A stretch of 64,000 nucleotides of DNA from an uncultured bacterium (GTDB taxonomy: Bacteria; Actinomycetota; Acidimicrobiia; Spongiisociales; UBA5794), in assembly GCA_963801165.1 (NCBI GenBank), contig CAWDDT010000009.1, forward strand, positions 384,001 to 448,000. Reading direction: 5' to 3'. Under the pieces are notes generated by a model. The model saw nothing but the letters and a program-made list of their open reading frames with translations, was not told the origin of the DNA and ran no database searches. The position numbers and the translations under genes are program-made. Every line of letters starts with the position of its first letter. Positions within the stretch are counted from its first letter, which is position 1. This document shows positions 10,452 through 20,711 of this stretch, piece after piece.

Positions 10452-11978
10452 ATGGTCATCGCTCTCCCCAAAGCCAGGTCGGTTGCAGAAAACCCGACCC
10501 AGGACGAGATGCGCGCGTGGGTATTGGAGTACATGCCGAACGTGACCGAGACCGAATTCGGCAATCTCAACTACAAGGCGGAAGTGAAGGCACGTTTGGC
10601 CGCCTCGACGTTCTTCATAGCCGACGACGAGATTTACCAGAACCGCATGTCCCGGGCCGAATACGAGGAGTGGGCGGCCAAGCAGGACGCATACATTGCG
10701 GACAAGGACATGATCCTGATCGAGGGCTACATCGGGCCCGACCCTGCGTTTCGGACCGGCTCCGCCCTGTACATGGAGAAAACCCATGCCAACATCCCGG
10801 CGATGCAGCAGCAGCTCTACTTCCCCAAGGACGACCTATGGGAGCGTGAGTTCACTGTCATCTACACGCCGGGTCTGCGGTGCCCCGGCAAGCCGAACGA
10901 GCGGCTCATCCTGGTCGATCTCGACAACTATGTGACCCGGGTCATCGGGTCTGACTACTTTGGCGAGTCGAAGATGGGTGGTCTACGCATGTGGAACCAT
11001 CTCGTCTACGGACGAGGCGGGCTGGCACTCCATTCGGGCTTGAAGACATTCCCGGACGTCGACGGGGAGGAGAAAGTAGCTCTCATCCTCGGTCTGTCCG
11101 GAACCGGCAAGACCACTACCACCTTCCGCCAACAGCTCGGCTCGCTCCCGGTGCAGGACGACTTCAACGCGCTAATGCCCGGTGGCTTTGTGTATACGAC
11201 CGAGAATGGCTGTTTCGCCAAGACTTTTGGTCTCGACCCCGACGATGAGCCCACCATCTACGGCGGCACCACCAGTGCCGAGAGCTGGCTCGAGAACACC
11301 TATGTGACCGACAACGGCAAGGTCGATTTCTTCAACGATTCGGACACGGCCAACGGCCGCTCCACTTTCCGCTTGGAGCACATACGCCACCGGTCGCCGC
11401 AGGATCTGCCGCCGGCGAACTACCTGCTGCTGCTCAACCGCAACGAGAACATTATTCCCGCGGTGGCGAAGTTGAGGCGCGAGCAGGCCGCCGCCTACTT
11501 CATGCTCGGCGAGACAAAGGGCACGTCGGCGGGTGGGGCGACCGAGATGGGCAAGAATCTGCGTGTGCCCGGCACCAACCCTTTCTTCTTCAACAACGAC
11601 GCAATGCAAGGGAACCGGTTGCTGGAGTTGCTCGACACCATGCCGGATCTCGACGTGTATCTGCTCAACACGGGGCGGGTCGGCGGTACCGACGAAGACG
11701 AGAGATCGAAAAATGTCAAGATCAAGCATTCGTCGTCGATCGTGCGTGGGATCGTATCGGGCACGATCGTGTGGGAGGAAGACCCCGACTTCGGGTACTA
11801 CGTCGCAGCCGAGTTCCCCGAGTTCCCCGACTACGAGTTGCTCCGCCCGTACCGGCTCTACGAGCGGCAAGGCCGGCTCGATGAATATGCGTCGATCATT
11901 GCCGCTCTCAAGGAAGAGCGAAGAGCCTATCTGCGATCGTTCCCCGACCTCCACCCGAGCATCGTGAACGCCATCTGA
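10452..11978 (+). CDS. pckA: Phosphoenolpyruvate carboxykinase (ATP-type)
   Basis: YFGESK, LHSG, GLSGTGKTT P-loop, QDD, ENGCFAKT, TANGR, LLNTG. Confidence 0.9.
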   Translation: MVIALPKARSVAENPTQDEMRAWVLEYMPNVTETEFGNLNYKAEVKARLAASTFFIADDEIYQNRMSRAEYEEWAAKQDAYIADKDMILIEGYIGPDPAFRTGSALYMEKTHANIPAMQQQLYFPKDDLWEREFTVIYTPGLRCPGKPNERLILVDLDNYVTRVIGSDYFGESKMGGLRMWNHLVYGRGGLALHSGLKTFPDVDGEEKVALILGLSGTGKTTTTFRQQLGSLPVQDDFNALMPGGFVYTTENGCFAKTFGLDPDDEPTIYGGTTSAESWLENTYVTDNGKVDFFNDSDTANGRSTFRLEHIRHRSPQDLPPANYLLLLNRNENIIPAVAKLRREQAAAYFMLGETKGTSAGGATEMGKNLRVPGTNPFFFNNDAMQGNRLLELLDTMPDLDVYLLNTGRVGGTDEDERSKNVKIKHSSSIVRGIVSGTIVWEEDPDFGYYVAAEFPEFPDYELLRPYRLYERQGRLDEYASIIAALKEERRAYLRSFPDLHPSIVNAI

Positions 11979-12101
11979 TCGTTCGTGCGTAATCCGCCAC
12001 TGCGCAGAGATATCCGCCAGAAACGGTGGGTTTGGTGCAATTTCTTGCACCGGCAAGAATTAACTTGTGAAACGCGATAGATATCCGCCGACATCGATGG
12101 C

Positions 12102-12893
12102 ATGCAAGAGAGACTGCCACAGACCCAGCGGATCGACGAGCGGACCTTCGCCATCGTTCGTAAGGGGTATGACACTCGAGAGGTACGGAACTTTCTCGAC
12201 GAACTGGAGCATGCGTTCCAGGATATCGAAGGCCACGCCCGGAGGACGTCACAGAAAGTTGTAGAGCTCCAACGAGATCTCAGCACATCTCGCGCTACCG
12301 AGAAAGCTTCCCTCGATAACGCGATGTATGCGGTCTTTGATGTCAAGGACCGGATGCTGGACCGGGCCGAGCGTCGTGCCCGTGAGATCGAAGAAGAGGC
12401 TGGCAAGACGGCAACCTCATTGCTCGCCCAGGTTGGAGATGCACGTGGCCGTGAGCCGGAACTCGAGCGGCGCATCAGCGGATTGGAGCATGAGCTGATG
12501 CGCAGCCGGGCCGATGGCGAGCGGCTGCGTTCGCAACTCGAAGACGCCTACGCCACCATCGACCGGCTCGAGACCACCACAACGGTTGACATCACCACGA
12601 TGCAGGCCGAGCTCCACCGCGAGCGTGCACAGAACGCTGAGCTTCGCAACGAGATCCGGGAGTTCGATTACCAGCGTCGCGAGTACGAGGACAAGCTGGC
12701 GAAGGCACAGCAGATCGCCATGCATGCCGGGGCCGAGCTCGAGATTATGAAGGCCGAGCTCTCGGCGAGCAGGCGCCAGGACGGCGACGAGGCCCCTACG
12801 GGGACCGTCATCTACGAGCGCAGCTCGGATCTCGAAGACCTGGAAGCTATGACTCCCGCTTCCGCCGGCGACAGCTACAGCCGGGCCGTATAG
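12102..12893 (+). CDS. DivIVA-domain coiled-coil protein
   Basis: IDERTFAIVRKGYDTREVRNFLDEL DivIVA motif followed by coiled coil. Confidence 0.85.
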   Translation: MQERLPQTQRIDERTFAIVRKGYDTREVRNFLDELEHAFQDIEGHARRTSQKVVELQRDLSTSRATEKASLDNAMYAVFDVKDRMLDRAERRAREIEEEAGKTATSLLAQVGDARGREPELERRISGLEHELMRSRADGERLRSQLEDAYATIDRLETTTTVDITTMQAELHRERAQNAELRNEIREFDYQRREYEDKLAKAQQIAMHAGAELEIMKAELSASRRQDGDEAPTGTVIYERSSDLEDLEAMTPASAGDSYSRAV

Positions 12894-13045
12894 CCCGATC
12901 TGGGGACGTTTTGCGGTCCGTTACCTGCTGTCTACGGGGTATTGACGCCACGGCGAGCCTCCCACTGACTCAAGGCACGTAGCCGACGTAGTATCCGCCG
13001 GGTAATGGCTATCAAGCACCCGGCGCATATGCCGATAGCAACCCT

Positions 13046-15184
13046 GTGAGCGACGAACGCAGCCAGTTTGCCCAGCGAATCGACGAACGAAAGTTCAGTC
13101 TGACGCGCCGCGGCTACGACAAGCGGGAGGTCCGGGCCTACCTCGAAGACCTCGAGCAAGCGTTTCGCGAGCTCGAGGGCCACTCCCGCCGGACCGCACA
13201 ACGAGTGGCCGAGCTCGAACGTGACCTGGCCGACGCTCGCGCCACCGAGAAGGTATCCGTAGATAACGCCATGATGGCCGTGTTCGATGCGAAGGACCGG
13301 ATTCTCGAGCGCGCCCGGCGCCGCGCCGACGAGATCGAGGAGCAGGCGCATTCGGAAGCGAGCCGGATCAAGGCTGCGGTAGTTGCTGATGTTGGAGGTG
13401 GTGAGGGCGGCGGCAGAGAGATCGCGGCAGCCACGGCCCAGGCCGATGAGATAGTCGCTTCCGCCCGACGCGAGGCGGAGCGGATCCGGCGTGAGGCCGA
13501 GGGTGGAGCGGGGCGCGACCGTGACCTCGAGGCCGAACTGGATGCGGCAACGGCACAGTTGCGCCGTGCCCACACCGACACTGCAGCCGCCAAGGAACAA
13601 CTCGATGCGGCCAGAAAGAGGATTGTCGAGCTAGAGAGCGGTGTTGGGCCTGCGACGTCGCCGGAGCTCGAGGAGAAGTTCGCCGACCTGGATTCGCGGC
13701 TCCGGGCAGCCCGCGACGGCAACGAGCGTCTCGAGGAGGAACTGGCGACGCGCGCTGAGCAGGTGACGACCCTGGAACAAGCGGTTGCCGCAGCAGAGCG
13801 CGCACTCGACGAGAGCAAAGCGTACGTGGGTCGGGTTGAGTCGGAGGCCGACGAGAAGAACGGCGCGATAGAGAGCCTGGAAGCGGAGCTGACCGGTCTC
13901 CGCGCGATAGCCGACAAGTACGAGGAACAGAACGAGCTGGTCGCCGAGCTCATGAAGGCGAGCGCGGCAGCCGACGATCCCCGGGTTGGTGAGCTGGAGC
14001 AGGCGGTGGGCACTGCCGAGGGAGCGCTGGCAGAGGCGCGTCAGACGATCGCCGAGCTCGAGGCAAAGCTCGCCGACCAGCCGGACAACGCCGGAACCCA
14101 GCAGGAAGTCGACGCCATCCTCACCGCTGCCAGGGCGGAGGCGGAGGAGATCGCGGCAGAGGCCGAGGAGCAGGCCGAGCAGCGTGCCGCAAAGGTCATT
14201 GCCAGAGCGCGCGAGGAAGCGGATCAGGTCAGGCAGACCGTCGCAACGCTTACTGCCCAGGCAGAAGACGCACGATCGGCAGCGCTCCGTTCCAAGCTGG
14301 AGGCGAAGGATCTGGCCGAGGCGCAACGGGCGATGGGTGACGCCAGAAACGACATCATCACATCGGCCAACAGCCGCGCCGAGGAGATCGGCTGTGCGGC
14401 TCGGGAGACGGCGGAGAATCTTCGCAGAGAAGCGGAGGAGATGCTCACGGCTGCGCGGGCCGTGGCCGAGCAGATCACCAAAGATGCCGAGAAGCAGGCT
14501 GCCGACAGGCTGGCCGACGCCGAGAAAGAGGCGGCCGGGCTAGTCGCCGGCGCCGAAGCCACAGCGACGCAGGCTGAGTCCGGCGACGAGCTCGCAGCCA
14601 TGTTGGCCGAAGCCGAGCGGGAACTGGCCATCAGCGAGGAGCTGCGACAGCAGCGAAACGACCTCGCACTCCGCGAGCAGGAGCTGGCGGAACGCGAGCG
14701 AGCATTTGCCGCCAAACAGCAAGGTGAAGCGCAGAGCCTCATCCTGCCCCGGGACACCGTTCCCACCCCGGCCGTCGAACCGCTGCCAGACCCGGCACCG
14801 GAATACGTCACCGAGGAAGACGACGATCCTGCGGACCGTCTCAGCGCCTTGCTGGAGGCAGTCTCGTTGCCGCCCGTGGAGCCTGTTCCGGTTGCCGAAC
14901 CGGACATCTCGCCCGACCCTGAACCCACACCCACCGGCGAGAACCCGGATTCGGAACCCCGGCCGCGGATGGCCTGGCCGGCGCCGAACCGGCTCGTCGA
15001 GGCCGAGCGGAGAGAAGCCGAGGCTGGGAGTGGTGAGGAGGGCGACGAGATCGCCCAGGACGGTGAACCCAGGGAGAGCCGTTACCGGACCAGATCGGCA
15101 CAGCTGCCCCGGCTGGGCAACCAGGCCAAGTCCAACATGACCACGATGGCCAATCTGCGCAAGAAGAGCCATAGGGGCGGCTAG
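13046..15184 (+). CDS. Long DivIVA-domain coiled-coil protein
   Basis: IDERKFSLTRRGYDKREVRAYLEDL; about 500 aa Ala/Glu coiled coil; Pro/acidic tail. Confidence 0.85.
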   Translation: MSDERSQFAQRIDERKFSLTRRGYDKREVRAYLEDLEQAFRELEGHSRRTAQRVAELERDLADARATEKVSVDNAMMAVFDAKDRILERARRRADEIEEQAHSEASRIKAAVVADVGGGEGGGREIAAATAQADEIVASARREAERIRREAEGGAGRDRDLEAELDAATAQLRRAHTDTAAAKEQLDAARKRIVELESGVGPATSPELEEKFADLDSRLRAARDGNERLEEELATRAEQVTTLEQAVAAAERALDESKAYVGRVESEADEKNGAIESLEAELTGLRAIADKYEEQNELVAELMKASAAADDPRVGELEQAVGTAEGALAEARQTIAELEAKLADQPDNAGTQQEVDAILTAARAEAEEIAAEAEEQAEQRAAKVIARAREEADQVRQTVATLTAQAEDARSAALRSKLEAKDLAEAQRAMGDARNDIITSANSRAEEIGCAARETAENLRREAEEMLTAARAVAEQITKDAEKQAADRLADAEKEAAGLVAGAEATATQAESGDELAAMLAEAERELAISEELRQQRNDLALREQELAERERAFAAKQQGEAQSLILPRDTVPTPAVEPLPDPAPEYVTEEDDDPADRLSALLEAVSLPPVEPVPVAEPDISPDPEPTPTGENPDSEPRPRMAWPAPNRLVEAERREAEAGSGEEGDEIAQDGEPRESRYRTRSAQLPRLGNQAKSNMTTMANLRKKSHRGG

Positions 15185-15219
15185 CCGGGCCTCTCGGCCG
15201 GCGGTTCTGGCTGCGTAGG

Positions 15220-16206
15220 ATGGCCGACGTGATTCTCGTTACACGCCGACCACCGGGAGACGCCGTTGCCATGCTGCGTGACCACGACCGGGTCGCGGTG
15301 TGGGAGGGTGACGGGGTCATGCCTCGGGAGGAGCTGCTGGACCAGGTTGCCCGGGCGACAGGTCTCTACTGCATGCTCACGGATCAGATTGATCGCGCCC
15401 TGCTGGCTGTCGCCTCGGAGTTGCGTGCCGTGTCCAACATGGCGGTCGGGGTCGACAATGTCGATCTCGTCGCCTGCAGCGACGCCGGTATCCCGGTCGG
15501 GCACACACCGGGGGTCCTGACCGAAGCAACCGCCGACATGGCGTTTGCCCTACTGCTGGCGGCAGCCCGTCGGGTGGGTGAGGGAATCGACCACGTCCGG
15601 GCCGACCAGTGGGGGGAGTGGGCGCCGGATCTCTTGCTCGGACAGGATGTATACGGATCGACTCTGGGCATAATCGGGATGGGCCGGATCGGCACTGCCA
15701 TCGCTCGCCGTGGCTCCGGGTTTGGTATGTCGCTGGTCTATGCGAGTCCCTCCCGCAAGATCGAGGTAGAAGAAGAATTGGGGGCGATCAGGCACGACCT
15801 TTCCGGTGTCTTGACGGTGGCCGATCACGTGGTCGTTGCCGCGTCACTCAACGCCGGAACACATCACCTGATGAACGAGCAGTTGTTTCGTATCATGAAA
15901 TCGACTGCGACGTTTGTGAACATCTCGCGTGGAGCGCTGGTGGATACCGCTGCCCTAGTCAAGGCGCTCGAGAGTGGTGCCATCGCCGCCGCCGGTCTCG
16001 ATGTAGCCGATCCCGAGCCGATGCGGGCCGACCATCCCCTGGCCAACCTTCCCAATTGTGTCGTCACCCCACACCTCGGGAGCGCATCTCACAAGACAAG
16101 AGCCGCCATGGCCGAACTCGCAGCCCGCAACCTGATTGCTGCCCTCAGCGGGAAGCGCATGGAAGCATGCGCCAACCCGGCGGTGTACGCCCCACCCTCC
16201 GGCTGA
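15220..16206 (+). CDS. D-glycerate dehydrogenase / glyoxylate reductase
   Basis: AVGVDNVD, TPGVLTEATAD, GMGRIG, NISRG, GLDV..PEP, PHLGSA. Confidence 0.92.
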   Translation: MADVILVTRRPPGDAVAMLRDHDRVAVWEGDGVMPREELLDQVARATGLYCMLTDQIDRALLAVASELRAVSNMAVGVDNVDLVACSDAGIPVGHTPGVLTEATADMAFALLLAAARRVGEGIDHVRADQWGEWAPDLLLGQDVYGSTLGIIGMGRIGTAIARRGSGFGMSLVYASPSRKIEVEEELGAIRHDLSGVLTVADHVVVAASLNAGTHHLMNEQLFRIMKSTATFVNISRGALVDTAALVKALESGAIAAAGLDVADPEPMRADHPLANLPNCVVTPHLGSASHKTRAAMAELAARNLIAALSGKRMEACANPAVYAPPSG

Positions 16207-16213
16207 GGTTCCG

Positions 16214-16966
16214 TCACGTCGGAGCGAGGGTTCCCGCAAAGACTTGCCAGGCCAGGAGCGACTTGGCGACGAGGCTGAGGATTATGTACGCCCGCTCGCC
16301 GTAGAGGTAGTCGCTCCATTTCCCGATCTTCCGATACTGCAAGACCATGTTGACGGCGAAGCTGTTGAAGAATATGAACAGCGAGAAGAAGATCCCGTAC
16401 ACAAAGGCAGGCGGTGAGGCGTCGGTGCCGGGGCTCCAGATATAGAAGGTGATCAGGATCCAGGGGACGGCGCCCGCCAGCACCCCGAACCAGTAGGCGA
16501 GCCAGGACGCGTGGCCCGGCCGCTCGTAGTGCTCGACGAGCAGGCCAAACAAGATCATGGCTGCGTTCACCCCGAAGATCGCCCCGAGGGCGGCAATGTC
16601 GGAAATCCCGGGGAGCATGGCGATCAGCACAACCATGACCGATGAGCTCAACGCATACTCGATCCACCGGGCGTAGTTCCGGTCGTGTTGGAGGTTGCGG
16701 ACGTACCAGCTGTAAATCCCGGGTGAAGCGATCAGCCAGTGAGCCAGGGCCGACAGGAATACGAAGGTGGCGACACCCCAGGCGATCCTGATGTCAAAAA
16801 GGTGGGACAACTCGGGATCGGACGCCCCGGGAGGGCCGTTCAGGAATGTTGCCGTTACCGGTAGCGAGAAATCGTTGGCCAACAGCAGGATGACAAGACC
16901 CTGGACGGCATGGAACAACCCCATGATCACGTTGAACCAGCGCAAGCGGCGGTATTTCGAATCCAT
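16214..16966 (-). CDS. heR: Heliorhodopsin
   Basis: LRWFN...HAVQ, NYARWIEYALSSSVM, YGERAYIILSLVAKSLLAWQVF (retinal-binding Lys); 7 TM. Confidence 0.96.
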   Translation of the reverse strand: MDSKYRRLRWFNVIMGLFHAVQGLVILLLANDFSLPVTATFLNGPPGASDPELSHLFDIRIAWGVATFVFLSALAHWLIASPGIYSWYVRNLQHDRNYARWIEYALSSSVMVVLIAMLPGISDIAALGAIFGVNAAMILFGLLVEHYERPGHASWLAYWFGVLAGAVPWILITFYIWSPGTDASPPAFVYGIFFSLFIFFNSFAVNMVLQYRKIGKWSDYLYGERAYIILSLVAKSLLAWQVFAGTLAPT

Positions 16967-17109
16967 TCAGCACTCCCGATCGGATGTTCTCAAGACTATT
17001 CGGCGCCGCTTGCGGAGGTGGACGAGCCCGATGGTGGTTGAGGTTCGGTGCCGCCTGGCTATTGTCCCCGCGTAGCCGAACCGGCCGGTGGCAAATGGTG
17101 GAGATCTAG

Positions 17110-17922
17110 ATGTCGTCACGAGGGTACGACTTCATCTTCTTCGACTGTGACAGCACCCTGAGCACAATCGAAGGTATTGATGAGCTCGCCCGGATGAAGG
17201 GCAAGTTCGACGAAGTCAAGGCCATGACCGACGCGGCGATGGAAGGTGAGGTCTACCTCCAGACCGTCTACGACCGCCGGCTCGAGATGCTGGCGCCCAC
17301 CCTCGAAGAGATTGCCCGCATCGACGATTTGTACCGTCGCACCACAGTCGGCGACGCGGCCGATGTCGTTGGCGCCCTGCGGGCCGCGGGCAAGGAGGTG
17401 TTCATCGTCTCCGGCGGTCTGCTGGCGGCGGTGCGTCCTTTTGGCCAGTGGCTCGGCGTCCCCTACGACCACATTCGTGCCGTCGATCTCGAGTACGACC
17501 AGCTCTCCGGCGAGTGGTGGGACTATATGCAGGATCAGTGGGATCAACGCACCGACGTCCGCTACAAGGACTCGGAGGACACGCCCCTGGTCGACTCATC
17601 AGGTAAATCGGCCGTGATCACTGAGCTATTGCCGAGGCGCTATGGCCGATCGTTGTTGATCGGGGACGGGGTCAGCGACCTGGCTGCGCGTAGCGCTGTC
17701 GACCTGTTCGTCGGTTTCACGGGGGTGGTGGCCCGCCCGCATGTCGTTGCCCGGGCGGACGTTCTCATCACCGGCGACTCGCTGGCGCCGCTCTTACACG
17801 TGGCACTCACGCAAGACGAGACGAACTCGCTATCGGGTACCGTGTACGAAACGGTTGCCGCTACGGCAAATGCCCGCGTGGTAGCTGGTGAATTGACGAT
17901 CCGAAAAGGCGCATCGCCATGA
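17110..17922 (+). CDS. serB: Phosphoserine phosphatase (HAD-IB)
   Basis: FFDCDSTL..IEGIDELA, T..AMEG, VSGG, IGDGVSD; coupled to serA. Confidence 0.88.
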   Translation: MSSRGYDFIFFDCDSTLSTIEGIDELARMKGKFDEVKAMTDAAMEGEVYLQTVYDRRLEMLAPTLEEIARIDDLYRRTTVGDAADVVGALRAAGKEVFIVSGGLLAAVRPFGQWLGVPYDHIRAVDLEYDQLSGEWWDYMQDQWDQRTDVRYKDSEDTPLVDSSGKSAVITELLPRRYGRSLLIGDGVSDLAARSAVDLFVGFTGVVARPHVVARADVLITGDSLAPLLHVALTQDETNSLSGTVYETVAATANARVVAGELTIRKGASP

Positions 17923-19508
17923 AATATCGAATACTGGTGACAGACGAGCTATCCGCTGAGGCGGTGGCGTTGCTCGAGGCCCACGATGACATCGAGTTCG
18001 ATGTGGCCAAGGGTCTCAGCCCCGACGAGTTGCGGCAACGGATCCCAGGCTATGACGCGCTGATCGTCCGGAGCAGCGCCCGGGCGACCGAGGACGTGAT
18101 CTTGGCCGGCGACCGGCTCAAGGTCATCGGACGCGCCGGTGTCGGCGTCGACAACATCAACATCGCCGCCGCGAGCGAACGGGGGATCGTGGTGATGAAC
18201 ACGCCGGGGGCCAACACGGTGGCCACCGCCGAGCACACGATGGCGCTGCTGCTGGCGCTGTGTCGCAACATCCCCCAGGCGGTCGCCAGCCTCAAGGACG
18301 GTCGCTGGGAGCGCAAGCAGTACAAGGGCGTCGAGGTCCGCGACAAGACCATCGGGATCGTCGGCCTCGGAAGGATCGGGCGGCGGGTGGCTCGCCGATG
18401 CCGTGCCTTCGGGATGCAGGTCATCTGCCACGACCCCTATCTCAGCGACGAGCGTGCCCACCAGATGCGGATCGACCGGGTGTCGCTCGACGAGCTGCTG
18501 CGGCGGTCCGACTTCATCACCCTGCACGCGGCCCTCACGCCCAAGACACGGGGCATGATCGGCAAAGAGGCAATTGCCAAGATGAAGCCCGGGGTCCGGA
18601 TCGTCAACGCCGCCCGGGGCGACCTCATCGACGAGGAGGCGCTGGTAGAGGCGCTGCGGTCCGGGGTCGTCGCCGGGGCCGCGCTCGATGTGCTGTCTCA
18701 GGAACCCGCGGATCCCGACAACCCGCTCCTGCATATGGACAACGTGCTGGTGACGCCCCATTTGGCGGCAAGCACTCAGGAGGCACAGCTTCAGGTCGGC
18801 ATCCAGATCGTCGGCCAGGTACTCGACGCGCTACACGACATCGAATATCGCAACGCCATCAACATGCCCGTCGTCGACACCCAGACTCTCCAGGAGCTTC
18901 GACCGTATCTCGCCATGGCCGAGCGTCTGGGCAGTATGCAGAACCAGATGGCGCTCGATGCCATCACCAAGATCGAGATCGCTGTCGAGGGGCGGGTCAT
19001 CAACGAGCACATCAAGCCGGTGACGGTTGCCATCCTCAAGGGTCTCCTCGAGCACGTTTCAAACGTCACCGTGAACCAGGTCAACGCACCGCACGTGGCG
19101 ATGGAGCGTGGGATAGTCGTGTCACAGAGCAGCGGGCTCCACACCACCGATTACCCGAATCTGATCTCGTGCCGGGTCGAGTGGAACGGGGGCAGCCGCA
19201 CTATGACGGCCACGCTGTTCAGCCACGACGAGCCGCGTATCGTGGAGGTAGATCGGTTCCGCATCGACGTGATCCCCGAGGGAACCATCCTCGTTGCCTG
19301 GAGCCACGATCAACCCGGCTTTATCGGCAGAGTCGGCACACTGCTCGGTGAGCTCGGCATCAACATCGCAACGTGGCGGACGGGCCGTACCGGGCTCGGC
19401 GAGGTGGCGCTGTCGTTTATCACCGTCGATGGTGACGTGCCCGATGAGGTTATCGATCAGCTTTCCGTGACGCCGCCGATCGAGCGGATCATCAAGGTAC
19501 ATTTGTGA
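17919..19508 (+). CDS. serA: D-3-phosphoglycerate dehydrogenase with ACT domain
   Basis: GRAGVGVDNI, GLGRIG, TPHLAAST.EAQ, HDQPGFIGRVGTLLG. Confidence 0.96.
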   Translation: MKYRILVTDELSAEAVALLEAHDDIEFDVAKGLSPDELRQRIPGYDALIVRSSARATEDVILAGDRLKVIGRAGVGVDNINIAAASERGIVVMNTPGANTVATAEHTMALLLALCRNIPQAVASLKDGRWERKQYKGVEVRDKTIGIVGLGRIGRRVARRCRAFGMQVICHDPYLSDERAHQMRIDRVSLDELLRRSDFITLHAALTPKTRGMIGKEAIAKMKPGVRIVNAARGDLIDEEALVEALRSGVVAGAALDVLSQEPADPDNPLLHMDNVLVTPHLAASTQEAQLQVGIQIVGQVLDALHDIEYRNAINMPVVDTQTLQELRPYLAMAERLGSMQNQMALDAITKIEIAVEGRVINEHIKPVTVAILKGLLEHVSNVTVNQVNAPHVAMERGIVVSQSSGLHTTDYPNLISCRVEWNGGSRTMTATLFSHDEPRIVEVDRFRIDVIPEGTILVAWSHDQPGFIGRVGTLLGELGINIATWRTGRTGLGEVALSFITVDGDVPDEVIDQLSVTPPIERIIKVHL

Positions 19509-20686
19509 AGACGTCGCGCCGCGGCGAGATCGCTCCGTTCTACGTCATGGAGGTGATGAAGGCCGCGGCCGAACGGGAGCGGGCCGGCGGCGAGGTGTTG
19601 CACCTCGAGGTCGGCCAGCCGAGTACGTCTGCGCCCGTCGCAGTTCTGCAGGCTGCGGCCGATGCCCTCGGTTCGAACCGGCTCGGATATACCGACGCCA
19701 CCGGTATTCCCGAGCTACGGGAGCGTATCGCCGCCCACTACGGCGAGCGTTATGGCGTTACGGTCGATTCCCGCCGGGTGGTGGTCACAATGGGTGCTTC
19801 CGGGGCGTTTGTGCTGGCGTTCCTGGCGGCCTTCGACGCCGGTCAGAGGGTGGCAGTCACCGAGCCGGGCTACCCGTGCTACCGCAACACGTTGGAGGCG
19901 TTCGGAGTGGAGGCGGTGCCGGTGCCTGTAGGCCCCGAGAGCAGGTTCGTACCGACGAGCGGCTTGCTGGCTGCGGCGGGGCAGCTCGACGGGTTGATGA
20001 TCGCCAGCCCGGCCAACCCGACGGGTACCGCGCTGCGGCCCGATGAGCTCGAGGACGTAGCGGCGTTCTGCCGTGTGCATGGGATCCGGCTGATTGCCGA
20101 CGAGATCTACCACGGTATCGAGTACGGCGAGCCCGTGCCGACGGCGCTGAGCGTCGATCCGGACGCGGTTGTTCTGCAGAGCTTCTCCAAGTACTACTCG
20201 ATGACCGGATGGCGTCTCGGGTGGATGGTTGTCCCCGACGATCTGGTCCGCCCCATCGAGCGCCTGGCGCAAAACCTGTTCATCTCGGCGCCGACACTGT
20301 CGCAGCTGGCGGCTCTGGCCGCCTTTGATGCGACCGAGGAGCTGGACGCCAACGTGCAGCGCTACGCCGCCAACCGGCAGGTCCTGATCGACGGTCTAGG
20401 AGAGGTGGGTTTGAACCACTTCGCCTCGCCCGATGGTGCGTTCTACTTCTACATCGACGTCTCGCATCTGACCGGCGACAGCCAGGAGTTGTGCCGGGTA
20501 TGGCTCGACGATCTCGGAGTGGCTTGCACGCCGGGTATCGACTTTGACCCGGTCCAGGGTCACCGCTACGTCCGCCTCTCGTACTCGGAGTCGACGGCGG
20601 ACGTTGCCGAGGCGACGAGCCGTATCGCCGCCTGGGTCCGGGCTCGGCAGAGCTCGAGCGCTGCGTGGGATTGGTCGACTGAGTGA
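19505..20686 (+). CDS. PLP-dependent aminotransferase class I/II
   Basis: LEVGQP, SPANPTG, DEIYHG, SFSKYYSMTGWRLGW. Confidence 0.93.
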   Translation: MKTSRRGEIAPFYVMEVMKAAAERERAGGEVLHLEVGQPSTSAPVAVLQAAADALGSNRLGYTDATGIPELRERIAAHYGERYGVTVDSRRVVVTMGASGAFVLAFLAAFDAGQRVAVTEPGYPCYRNTLEAFGVEAVPVPVGPESRFVPTSGLLAAAGQLDGLMIASPANPTGTALRPDELEDVAAFCRVHGIRLIADEIYHGIEYGEPVPTALSVDPDAVVLQSFSKYYSMTGWRLGWMVVPDDLVRPIERLAQNLFISAPTLSQLAALAAFDATEELDANVQRYAANRQVLIDGLGEVGLNHFASPDGAFYFYIDVSHLTGDSQELCRVWLDDLGVACTPGIDFDPVQGHRYVRLSYSESTADVAEATSRIAAWVRARQSSSAAWDWSTE

Positions 20687-20711
20687 CGAGCCCGGTTTCA
20701 GGGAGAATCTG

